This document shows positions 10,632 through 20,963 of a stretch of DNA of 36,319 nt, piece after piece (position 1 is the first letter of the stretch; each line of letters opens with the position of its first letter). The position numbers and the translations under genes are program-made. Below the pieces are notes generated by a model. That model saw only the letters and a list, made by a program, of their open reading frames with translations, made no database searches and was not told the DNA's origin. Source of the stretch: Nemertoderma westbladi (lineage: Eukaryota; Animalia; Xenacoelomorpha); assembly GCA_032718475.1 (NCBI GenBank), contig JAUCBJ010004456.1, positions 1 through 36,319 of the forward strand, in the 5' to 3' direction.

Positions 10632-11140
10632 TAATTGTAGGCTGAGCTGCTGTCTGACTGTTGTTGAGTTTGGAGAGATTACCGCGTGTGTAGAGTTTGT
10701 CTGATAAAGTGCCGTTAGTAAGTTGGGGCAGCCATATGCTGAAGGTCAATCCCCTCTTAAAGAATAAGTCGTACTACCGTGTTAGAACGCATACTAACTA
10801 ACAGTTTCAGAATCTGCATATACTGTAGTTTATTTAGGCTTGATCGTAGTCTGCCAGTGTTTTAGCCTGTGTTTGTTTGTGTGGTCTGTTCAGGTACCGT
10901 AATAGTTATTACTCAAATATTTGTAGGCTGGATTGTTGTCTAGCTATTTTTAGGTCTGAAGGGATTGCTGCGTGTGTAGAGTTGGTCTGATCAAGTGCCG
11001 TTAGTAAGTTGGGGCAGCCATAAGCGGTAAGGTCAATCCCCTCTTAAAGAGTAAGTCGTACTACCGTGTTAGAACGCATACTAACTAACAGTTTCAGAAA
11101 CTGCACATACTGTAGTTTGTTTAGGCTTGATAGTAGTCTA
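10632..11140 (+). repeat. Direct duplication with ~287-bp period
   Basis: GTGCCGTTAGTAAGTTGGGGCAGCCATA...GGTCAATCCCCTCTTAAAGA...TTTAGGCTTGAT occurs at ~10710-10850 and ~10995-11140. Confidence 0.9.
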
Positions 11141-11974
11141 TACTTTGTTGTTATTGCTGTCTAAGCCAGAAACACCGGCATTTTTGGATAGATACTGCTG
11201 TACCGTAAACTGCTTGAATTATCGAAAGTATAAACTGTTACCTAACTAACTAAACTCACTAACTTAACTAACTCATTAATCATATTGTTTGTACTGTTAT
11301 TTTACCGTCAGTTATTAATTGTAAATATTTGTTGATGGAAATATTGCTATTTGGATAATACGGATAAATCACCCAATTCCCAATTTTCTTGATAACACTA
11401 CAGGTTAGAGAGACCGGCTATATATAACAATTGCGATTTATATTAATGTGGTGTGTATTGAATCCAATGTTATTTAGCAGACCCTACGTGAGTCAATTAC
11501 TGCTCTCTTTATGTGTGATCAAATGTACTGACTGTCGGCAGAATAGTGTGTATGATTGTGATTGGTAACAAAGTATTTCCTAAAGAATACGCTTTATACT
11601 TCAATCCCAAGCAGTATCGTTGCGTTTAGTATAAGTCCTAGTTCTGTTTAAATAGATAAAGCGCCACGTCCTAAAGGAACTGTTAATATTTCCCGAAAGC
11701 CAATAATATCTGTCAGAGATTAATTATTAACGATCTATCGAATAATACATTAGGTATACACTGCAACCTTACACTGTAATAATACAATTCAAGCATCCGA
11801 ATTCAGTCTCCCGGGTGTAGATCCATCGGGTGAATGATCGCGCATGGGCTGACTTCGGCTAATGTTTTGCGTATTAGCATAAATTATTGTCATATGCTAA
11901 AGTGGTTTTAATTAACTAAAAGACATATAAATTTTGGCAGGTTAAACTGCTAAAGGTCTTCGAAAGCGCGAACA
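11140..11974 (+). repeat. Copy C of the LTR/leader block, 5'-truncated relative to copy B
   Basis: Collinear with 6809-7643 from ATACTTTGTTGTTATTGCTGTCTAAGCCAGAAACACCGGC to AAAGCGCGAACA; about 90% identical by eye. Confidence 0.9.
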
Positions 11975-12499
11975 AGATTAGATTATGCTCCAACAAATAT
12001 TTAATTACAAATTATATTTGTTGGATACTGGTAGAGTGGTAGCAATGGCAGGTTAGCCAACTGCAGCTGCTGCTAAGGCTAACTACAGTACAAGCTACGA
12101 TTTCGTCTAAGGCTATGGGAGCCCTATCAGAAAGAAATACTACAAGTTGATGCTACCACCATCTCTTCTAATTTTTCCATACAAACAGGGAGGGTATTAT
12201 AAAACGGCTGGATAACAGGATAATGAAATGGGATTAGTAACTGATTAAAACGTGTTGGGGTCTCCACATAATAAGTACAGAAGTAACAAGTAACACACGT
12301 CATAATCATAAACCAATTGAGGGAAAGGAACAGGTTACAGAGGCAGGCTTTTCTAACTAAAACAATAAACGCCCACTTTTGACTTTACCAATTGAAGGAG
12401 CCCTATAACCTCACCTCACCACATACTACTACTACAATCGGCATGATTCATTGCAGCTGCATTATATATATATAGGCCCTATAATGTATTAAGAATGCT

Positions 12500-12845
12500 G
12501 TGACGGCTTGTTGACAAAAGTGCGCCTCCACAACTCCCTTACACTCTTACAGCCTTATCACCCATGACATTTGCTAGATCATCCGCATCTTCAAGGCCAG
12601 TGTCCTTTAAGACAGTAAGAAAGATGCGTCTCAAGAAAGTCATGGGCTGTCCACCATGCTTATTCACTCCATGAGGTGCACTGGCTGGTCCTCAAGGCTT
12701 AAAGCGATGTCCTGCAAAGCGGAGGCGGCTTTGTTCTAGTGTCAAGCTTGGGGGAACCAATGACTGAATGAGACACCTCCAACTCCAATGTTATATAGTG
12801 TCTGGTTGGAGATGCAGAGATGTGTGCATTGTACTTGACACAGTG
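12500..12845 (-). pseudogene. Decayed 3' fragment of an RTE-clade non-LTR retrotransposon
   Basis: Minus-strand pieces SRLRFAGHR, EDQPVHL, HGGQPMTFL and LKDTGLEDADDLANVMGDK match the RTE C-terminal pattern RRLRFAGH...L..DTG...L...M.DR; frameshifted. Confidence 0.7.
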
Positions 12846-13952
12846 AACCTAATCAAAACAATTAGTCAATAAACATTAACTCAATAACACAATAGGTTAC
12901 AGTTTACAGTAGTCTTATTTTTGCCATACGAAAATACCACAGGTATGGCAGTATGGGTCTGTGGCACTGTGGGTATGAATGAACTATACAGCTATAACTC
13001 AACTACGCTACCGCGGTATACACCGCTAAGGCAGTAAGGCTACCGCATAGTGCAAAGCTATACCACTACCGCAAAAAGTAACTACTGATGTCTGACTGTA
13101 CGTGTGCGATCCCTGTTTATAACAGTATAATACATATAATAATTAATTTGATCATTAAAATAATGTTGCATTGTAATTATGTAATATATATGTACTGATA
13201 CGGGATGCCATTTTGATTTAAATACCGATATACAGTATGGCAGTATGGGTACACTTGGAGTTGTACTAAAGTCCAATAGGCCTATTGGACTTTGGAGTCC
13301 AAAATTGGACTTGAAGTCTAAAATTGGACTTGAAGTCTAAAATTGGACTTGAAGTCCAATTTTTGACTTCTCACCGACTGGCAACTGGCAGTGCTCAGTG
13401 CAGCACGTAGGGCTACGACTAGAAACACACTGAGACTGACACCCGCACCCGCCACCAGCCTGCCAGCAGATCGGTAGCAGTTAGTCAGGTCCCGATGCGG
13501 TACAGCGGTAGGCGTAGGCCAGTAGGCAGTCGCAGTCAATTGGTAAACAGTACAGCAGTGTACTGCAGTAGGCTGAAGAAATTGACATAGGCAATAGATA
13601 CAGCACTACTGCTGTACTGTCAGACTGTACTGCAGTACTGTCTGACTGTAGTCTGGCAGAAGGCTACAGACATTTTTCTGAAAGCCTGAAAGCACAGGCT
13701 GAAAGGCAGAAATGAGCGATTGGAATTAAATAATAATGAACAATAACGGTAACATAATAAACGAATAAAACGAGTTAGCAGAAAAACAAAAGTACCGGTA
13801 CCAAATAGCCAATGCAATGATTTAAGAAATGTCTGTACTCTATCTTTATAAAAAATATTTATATATGTTACTGAAAATAAAATTGACATACTGTACACAT
13901 GTCCTGGAATTGTCGTTATTGAGGTACATGGACACCCCCCCCCCCCCCCTCT

Positions 13953-14775
13953 CCAAATTTTTCTACAAATCTTAATGAGTTTGCATAAATTTGAAACAGA
14001 GATAGTTTCACCTCCCTCCTCCTTGCTGGGTGAGCCAGAATTTTTATTTTTGCTTTCATTCTTTAGCTACAAGCGTTTGAAAAAGGTGTCTCCGTCGGTA
14101 TTGCGCCAGTTACACAGCAGTTATTCTTCAACCTTATAGCGATTTGTTGATATTGACGGACAGCGGGCCATTCAAGGATTCCAAATATGTATCATAATCT
14201 GAATTTGGTCGTAAAATAGCTGAGATATGAGCGTTCAAAAGTTGCATGATTTTAGCATCTGCGCGAGGCTATTTTATTCTATTTAATTAATAATCCATAT
14301 TCTTTGGTGCCATATTCCATAACACTTTGTTTATAGGCCTATACGAATAGCTACACAATAGTATGATTACAGAGTTATTGCATTGTTGACCAGCTACGTA
14401 TGGGATAAACAACATGTTCTAGAATATGGTGTATTTTTTTAATAGAATAAAATAACCTTGCGCAGGTGTAACACCATGCAACTTTATAATGCCCATATCT
14501 CTGCTGTTTTACGATGAAATTCAGATTGTGATACATATTTGGAATCCTTGCATGTCCAGCTTTCTGTCAATATTAACAAATCGCTATAAAGTTGAAGAAT
14601 AACTGCGGTGTAACTGGCGCAATGCCGACGGAGACACCTTTTTCAAACGCTTGTAGCTAAAGAATGAAAGAAAAAAATAAAAATTATAGCTCACCCAGCA
14701 AGGAGGAGAGAGGTGAAACTATCTCTGTTTCAAATTTCATGCTATCTCATTAAGATTTGTAGAAAAAATTGGGGG
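13953..14775. mobile_element. Foldback/MITE-like ~820-bp imperfect palindrome
   Basis: Arm ~13953-14302 is the reverse complement of ~14421-14772 (e.g. CTACAAATCTTAATGAG / CTCATTAAGATTTGTAG; GGTGTCTCCGTCGG / CCGACGGAGACACC), with a ~118-bp spacer. Confidence 0.85.
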
Positions 14776-14825
14776 AAAGCCGGGGTTGGGTTAGGCTGCA
14801 GCATTTAAAGCACTGTGCCCAAACA

Positions 14826-14903
14826 GTGCTGCCCAATCTAGGGATCGAACCCGGGCTCCCTAATCGGAAGCACAGTAATGTCACCACTAGACCAAGCTGC
14901 TGC
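14826..14903 (-). mobile_element. tRNA-derived SINE head or tRNA pseudogene
   Basis: Minus strand has A box TGGTCTAGTGG and B box GGTTCGATCCC at tRNA spacing, but the acceptor and anticodon stems do not pair well. Confidence 0.55.
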
Positions 14904-15475
14904 TTTATAATATTAGTATATGACTTGCCGTCGAGGATAGCCCCCCATAAAACTGCGTCTCGTTTCCATGGGGCCCTCGCTGTGTGATGGAAAAATTATT
15001 GGTAAATCGTTGAACTATAGGTTTACAGTACGCTACGTACATAAAGTCTATGGGTAAGATAAAAATTTACATACTGTAACGTCTGTAAGTAGTAAGTACT
15101 GTATGTCTGTTTTTGTCTGACAATTCAATTTGAAAAATATTAGTAAGAAAAAGCGCATTTTTCAAATAAAAATAAATAATAAAATACAGTATATCTCATA
15201 TGTACAGTAGATTTAAAATTATAGAGGATAAATATTCACACATACACAAATCGTTGTACTATGACAGTATGACTAATACTGTATAATAATTAATTATCTA
15301 CTACTAGGGCCTACTGTATTGTACAGTATATCAAACTGTCGAACCATTAAGCAATTAGACGCAAATAAAGATATTGAAATGGCAGTGGAGAGAGATTAAT
15401 TAAAAATAAGAATATTTATATATTTTTAAAAAATATAAATATTTATAAAATAAATATGAATTTGGTGTGTTCAGT

Positions 15476-15510
15476 CATGACCTACTAAACCTTAGGTTTA
15501 GTAGGTCATG
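15476..15510. mobile_element. 35-bp P-like inverted-end remnant with 7-bp TSD
   Basis: GTTCAGT|CATGACCTACTAAACCT-T-AGGTTTAGTAGGTCATG|GTTCAGT: perfect 17-bp arms and perfect 7-bp direct flanks. Confidence 0.75.
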
Positions 15511-16499
15511 GTTCAGTACAATACACCGAATAATCTCATATTGTAAAAATCCATTTAAATCCATTTGGTCCAAAATATGTCGAAATTTCTTTTATGGTCT
15601 ATTATAATGCACCATTGCATGGTGTTTCTAAATCTGAAAACCGCTATTTAATTGCTCTTTTAGTTTTCAAGTTATGTAAATTTCCATTTAGGGAATCCTA
15701 TTGAAATTACTATTACTACGTATAATGAAAGGTCGATTATCTCCAAATATTTTTTTCATGAAATTGTCAACTTCAAAACCCTACTACTTCTACAATTTTT
15801 GAGTAAATAGTCTGAAACTTCCTGTGGCTGTCTAGATAGCCACCCTGCATAAAAGTATCAGACAACTTTTCGAAATTTTTTGTTAATAAAATTTAATACT
15901 ATTTATAAAAAACCTAAAAATTAGCATAAATTTGCAGCGCCACCTAGCGGTGCAGAATTAATTTAACGAAATTTCGCCTGATAGTTATGTTGCCCCATCT
16001 TTGATATATCATATAAAAAACTTTCATGTGATTAGGTTCAAAACTGTAAAAGCCTTAGGGTTTTAAGCGCAACCAAGTTTTTTTTTATTGTTAACTAGTA
16101 TTAACTAATATTAAATAGCGAAAAATTTTTTTTTCTGACCTGTCATGTAGAATAGCATCTTAGGCACCTACTGTATATGCCAAATTTTACCCAAAACCAA
16201 ACAATTTTGAAACGCTGAGAGTGATAAATCGAAGAGTTGTCCGAAAATGGTGTACGTGGTGTAAAAAAAATGGTGTATGGTGTGCTTAAGATAAAAATGA
16301 AGAGTAATTGCAGTGGGGATTTTTAGAACAATATTATGAATAAATTTAGGGCCGGCAAGTTGGACACAAATATAAAGTACGTATGTTCGGTTGTCAAAAA
16401 TATACATTTATCTAGATTGAAAGATAAATACAAATATATATAAAATAAATATATCTAGTCTAGTCTAAAATCCTAGGAATTTAGTTACTTGTGTAGGGC

Positions 16500-17300
16500 C
16501 TATTGATAAATCGAATGACATGATTTTTTCGAGAACCATTTTACTTCCTGTTTGAAAGATTCAATTGATTCGAAACTTATTGTTACGCTTTGGGGCAGTT
16601 GGTTCCATAAGAATAAGGGACACTGGTACGCGAAACTTTCTTGGCCCACCACGGAGTGTAAACAGAGGATAGTGAGGATTGTTTGATAGACGCGCTCACG
16701 ATGGGGAAGCCAGTTTATGGAGAACAAGTCTGGAACGCCTATGTGAGAATGGGGTTGGTGTGAGAAATAGAAGCGTATACATTTACGATGCAACGCCTCG
16801 ATCTGTTTTCGTAGTTGGGAGGAAGCCCCGAAGTACCACGAAGGAGATGCAAAATCGAGGTGAGGTTGTATAAGCGAGTTGCAAAGAAGTGTTACAGTAG
16901 AATCTGTTCAGTCCTGCGAGTGACGCCGAGTTTCTGTAGATGAAACGAAGAATCCCCTTCCTGATGGCTTTACGAGCAGCCACTTTGTCGGACAGCGTTG
17001 GATCCAGTGGGCATCCCAGGTAGTTTACAGTGCCTGGATACAGGGAGTGACACACCATTATGTACAGTATGTTATGTTCCACAGAGAAGTTCTCTACATA
17101 AGTTAAAAGCGCTGATGGGTGCAAAAAATCATAACCTCAAATTTATCTGGGTGTACGCTGAGCCTGTTGTTTATGGTCCTAGTTTCCATTATGGTTGATA
17201 TGTTTATTTTGTAGTTATATGATCTGCGGTTGACATACATACCTACAGACTTGACATATGCTAAGGATAAGGTAGAAAGCAGTAACAGCCAATACATTTA
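16500..17300 (-). pseudogene. Decayed 3' fragment of a CR1/L2-group LINE (RT thumb and C-terminus)
   Basis: NRLSVHPDKFEVMIF, VNYLGCPLDPTLS, GILRFIYRN and SFAYQ..LWNQLP..SIESFKQEVK lie in successive minus frames with frameshifts. Confidence 0.75.
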
Positions 17301-17769
17301 CAGGAGGCGCTTAGTTACTATGATGCACTGTCAAGACAACGGTATATAACAGAAACAGCTGGGATTAAATAGGCTTTCAGTAACACATCACAGACTAATT
17401 GCTTGCTGCTTGCAGACTGTCTTCTGATAAAGTATTATAAAAGATGTAGTTATATAGTCAGTCATACAGAGTGCTACGACATAGTGTCAGCGCGCCACGG
17501 CTGCAATAACTATCAAACTCTGTCGTAATGAAATTTACACAGATTATTCTGGATTGAAATTCCGGTTCAATAATGCGGCTATTTATAACCAACCTGGCGG
17601 GGTCGGTATTTTCTCAAAAGCTTGCATGGTTTGTACTATTGTACAATGTACAGTAGTATGTTTTTATCCATCTACCATAAATCAGGAGTTTCTCACGCAG
17701 TTTCAAGAATTTATATAGTTATAAAGGTCGTCACTGTATGTTAATGAAAGATACTTCCAATCAAAACAG

Positions 17770-18110
17770 GACGAGCGCAACGAGGCTTTATAATGAACAC
17801 GAGTACTGCGTTGACTAAATAATCCTAAACGGCCAGATTTAGCACATTGAATGACTTATCATCTAGTTCAATACCCGTAGTGGAATGATGTATAAGCTTT
17901 TTATTTTTATGACAAGAGCGCAACGAGACTTTCAATGGATATGAGTACTGCTTGACTATAATCCTAAACCACCTGGTTTAGCAAACTGAACGATATATCA
18001 ATATATTTTGTAGTTCAGTAGTGAAATGATGTAAGCAGTGTAATTGGTGTCCAGATGTGCAGAACGAAAGCAACGAGGGTTTTAATGGATATGAGACTAT
18101 GAGTTGACAC
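17770..18110. repeat. Diverged ~145-150 bp tandem repeat, about 2.5 copies
   Basis: GCAACGAG...AATG.A.A.GAG.ACT...TTGAC recurs at ~17777, ~17920 and ~18070. Confidence 0.65.
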
Positions 18111-18403
18111 TCGGCAGCACTTGACATGACATCAGTTGACTTAACATCGCCTTACATTAAGTTACTTGACTTGACTTAACTTGACATCACTTGACTTGAC
18201 ATGACGTCACTTGATGACTTAACTTAAATTTACGTCAAATTAAATTATTCATTATTAACGTGAATTTGCAGTTGTAATGACTAAATAATAAACAAACAAT
18301 TATTATTATTGTTTGTTTAATGATATGGATAACCATATCATATATGGTCAATAAACTACTAACTATAACTAATGTTGAAATTAATCTGGGCATGTTCTTA
18401 CTT

Positions 18404-18476
18404 GCCCGGTTAGCTCAGATGGTAGAGCGTGGGACTTTTAATCCTAAGGTCAAGGGTTCAATCCCCTTATCGGGCG
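18404..18476 (+). tRNA. tRNA-Lys (anticodon TTT)
   Basis: Acceptor GCCCGGT/ATCGGGC, D arm GCTC/GAGC, anticodon arm TGGGA-CTTTTAA-TCCTA, T arm AAGGG-TTCAATC-CCCTT; 73 nt, no intron, no encoded CCA. Confidence 0.93.
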
Positions 18477-18478
18477 AA

Positions 18479-18485
18479 TTTTTTT
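18479..18485 (+). terminator. RNA polymerase III terminator (T7)
   Basis: T run 2 nt after the tRNA discriminator base. Confidence 0.8.
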
Positions 18486-19748
18486 GTTTATTTGTTTATG
18501 TAACCAAGGTAACTACTACTAACAATTCAAGGAACGAGCGTCTTAAAACAAATGAAATGCAATTATGTATTAACAACGTAATTATGTAATTACGTTGTAA
18601 TTATGTAATTATGTAATTATTAATTATTATTTTGTAACAATGTAATTATGTATTAATCATTATAATTTTTATTCTGAAATTGTTACTTTTTCCCTCGAAT
18701 ATACCTCAAAATCGGGAGAAAAGATAACCCTTAGGATTGTATTGATTTTACTTTTTTTCCCGGCGAAAAAAGTAAATTAAAATATTTATGGTGGAGTTTC
18801 TTATATTGTATTAGTGTTGAAAGAGCATCGACATTGAAAAGGTTTGCACGTAATTTGAGGAAAATCCATGCACACACACAAAAGTTATTGTAACTTTATT
18901 GGCTGCAGGGCGTACTCCAAAACGGAACTCAATATCCAATATTGGTTTATGTTGTTAAGCGGCTCTCTAGTTACGTAATGAATATTCGAGAACACTAATT
19001 TATTTAACATTGAGTAAGGCAGCATCAGGAGTTGAAGAGCACAGTAATTTGAATCGCAGTAACTATGGAAGCAATATAGTAAAATACTACAGTTCAATTT
19101 ATTTTGTAAAACACTACTGTATATCGCTCTATATTTTATTAAAGAATTGAGCAACAAAAAAGTATCAATTTGAAAATAAAATTACGTATCACATTGAAAA
19201 AAAACGTAGGACATTTTTTTTTAATATTCTCTCGACCCTTTATTAACCTTGCTTATTACACTCAGTAAATAAAATACTTCAAGAATAGTAAACAAGGTTA
19301 TACTTTTTTAAAATAATTATAACAAATAATTAATAAGGTAATAAATAATTATTTGCAATATTTTATCTCTAGTTAACTCAATTTTTTGTTTTTTTGTTTT
19401 ATTATTACTTTTAAATCATAACGAAACTGCCATACTGACGAAAAATACATTAGTAAACTATTGTTGGGGGGTGAAAATTCTTTGTTACACCGGAACTGGT
19501 ACTCGCATTTAGAGTAGGTTTGTTAACTGAAATTATTAATTAAATTGGCCCTCATGCCCTATAACAGCGTTAAGTCACTAACATACTAAGCTCTTGTGCC
19601 TTGCCATGCCAGTCTGCCAGTACTGCTGCTAATGCAATGCAGTGCACTTAACCTATCCCACACAGCAACATTACATTTCTGCATTTACATACCACAGTAC
19701 AGCAGTACCGGTACAAGTAGGCCTAACGGTCGCAGATCGTATAAAATA

Positions 19749-20963
19749 ATGCGTTCTACGAAATCGACATATTATTATTTTGCATATATTATTCTTTCAA
19801 CTTTCCAAATTTTCTGCCCCGCTTCAGGCTACGACCAATGTCCGGCTTGTCGCGTGGTTTCCAGCAGTTTTTCTCGAGCCCTCGAGGACACCAAGATCTC
19901 AAACTTTGGCGGCGGGAACACCGAGTGGGAGGAGCGTAAACTGGGATCCTACGCCGATTCCGAGACGAGGTTCGTCGAGATCGAAGAGAAATTGTGCGGA
20001 AGAGGCGAACACGATTGCCACTCGTTTGTCGAGGAGTACGGAGGCGCCATAGAGGAGTACTTCTTTAAGGGAAGAGGAGATGCTGATCTTTACACTTGGG
20101 TTTGTATCGATCGGCTGCGGATTTGTTGTCCGGAGGGGCGATACGGACCGGAGTGCGAGGAGTGTCCGGGAGGGGAGCGACCATGTGGCGGGAGAGGTGA
20201 GTGCTTGGAGAGTGGGGAGCGGCGAGAGAGTGCGGGGTGTCGGTGCGAAGAGGGATACGCGGGACGGGAGTGCGAGGATTGTGCGAGGGGGTTCTACGCG
20301 AGCGAGGGGGGTTGCGAACCGTGCCATCCCGGTTGCGATGCGACCTGTACGGACGCGTCGCCCACCGGTTGCCAGTCGTGTCGCCCAGGGTGGGAGTGGC
20401 GCGATGGCGATGGCTGCGTCGACTCCAACGAATGCCTTCGCTCGCCCTGCTCCCTAGGGAGTTACTGCTCCAACACCCTCGGCTCCTACTCCTGCCCGAA
20501 GTGCAATAAAACCTGCTCGCATTGTCTGGACCTTTCCGTGTGCGTCAAATGTCTCCTAGGTTACCGCAACGCGCAGGGCAGGTGCGTGGCGTCGCATACG
20601 GTGGATAAATGGGGCGGCATTGCCAACTCTCGCTGCGGGATAAACGAACGGGGTAACTTCGCTTGTTGGTGTAAAAACAACCGAACGCTACTGGGGAATA
20701 AATGCGTAAAGGATAAAAAGTCATCGGATGACGATACAAAGGCAGACAGTGATGATTCTCAGTGGACAGACAACGTCTACAACGTGCTGTTTAACAGTCA
20801 CACAGAGATTCTCTGCTACGTCGGGTTAGTGGCGGTTTCAGCTTTCTGCTTTAAAACTAACGCAATGGCTGCGACGGTTGCGTTACTCATTGTCGCTACT
20901 ATTATCGCCTGCAAACAATTCGCGGGGGACCCACACCTACATCCGGTAATGACGTCATCGTGA
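19749..20963 (+). CDS. CRELD: CRELD-family protein (cysteine-rich with EGF-like domains), membrane-anchored, single exon
   Basis: ATG at 19749 gives a signal-like segment, then CPAC, NFGGGNTEWEERKLGSYADSETRFVEIEEKLC (CRELD WE-domain signature), WVCIDRLRICCPEGRYGPEC, EGF, furin-like and Ca-EGF repeats, and two C-terminal hydrophobic segments as in CRELD1. Confidence 0.92.
   Translation: MRSTKSTYYYFAYIILSTFQIFCPASGYDQCPACRVVSSSFSRALEDTKISNFGGGNTEWEERKLGSYADSETRFVEIEEKLCGRGEHDCHSFVEEYGGAIEEYFFKGRGDADLYTWVCIDRLRICCPEGRYGPECEECPGGERPCGGRGECLESGERRESAGCRCEEGYAGRECEDCARGFYASEGGCEPCHPGCDATCTDASPTGCQSCRPGWEWRDGDGCVDSNECLRSPCSLGSYCSNTLGSYSCPKCNKTCSHCLDLSVCVKCLLGYRNAQGRCVASHTVDKWGGIANSRCGINERGNFACWCKNNRTLLGNKCVKDKKSSDDDTKADSDDSQWTDNVYNVLFNSHTEILCYVGLVAVSAFCFKTNAMAATVALLIVATIIACKQFAGDPHLHPVMTSS

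Noticed and set aside
14826-14903. Functional tRNA-Gly(TCC)
   Set aside because: A and B boxes are present but the cloverleaf stems do not pair.
15530-16290. Possible decayed non-autonomous DNA element (also 25895-26172, 32480-32890)
   Set aside because: MITE-like texture, but I could not establish matching termini or TSDs.
17770-18110. Box C/D snoRNA cluster
   Set aside because: ATGATGT is not a proper C box and no terminal stems or matched D boxes are evident.
19596-19748. N-terminal extension of CRELD from the ORF track
   Set aside because: Starts at GTG; the ATG at 19749 directly precedes the signal-like segment.
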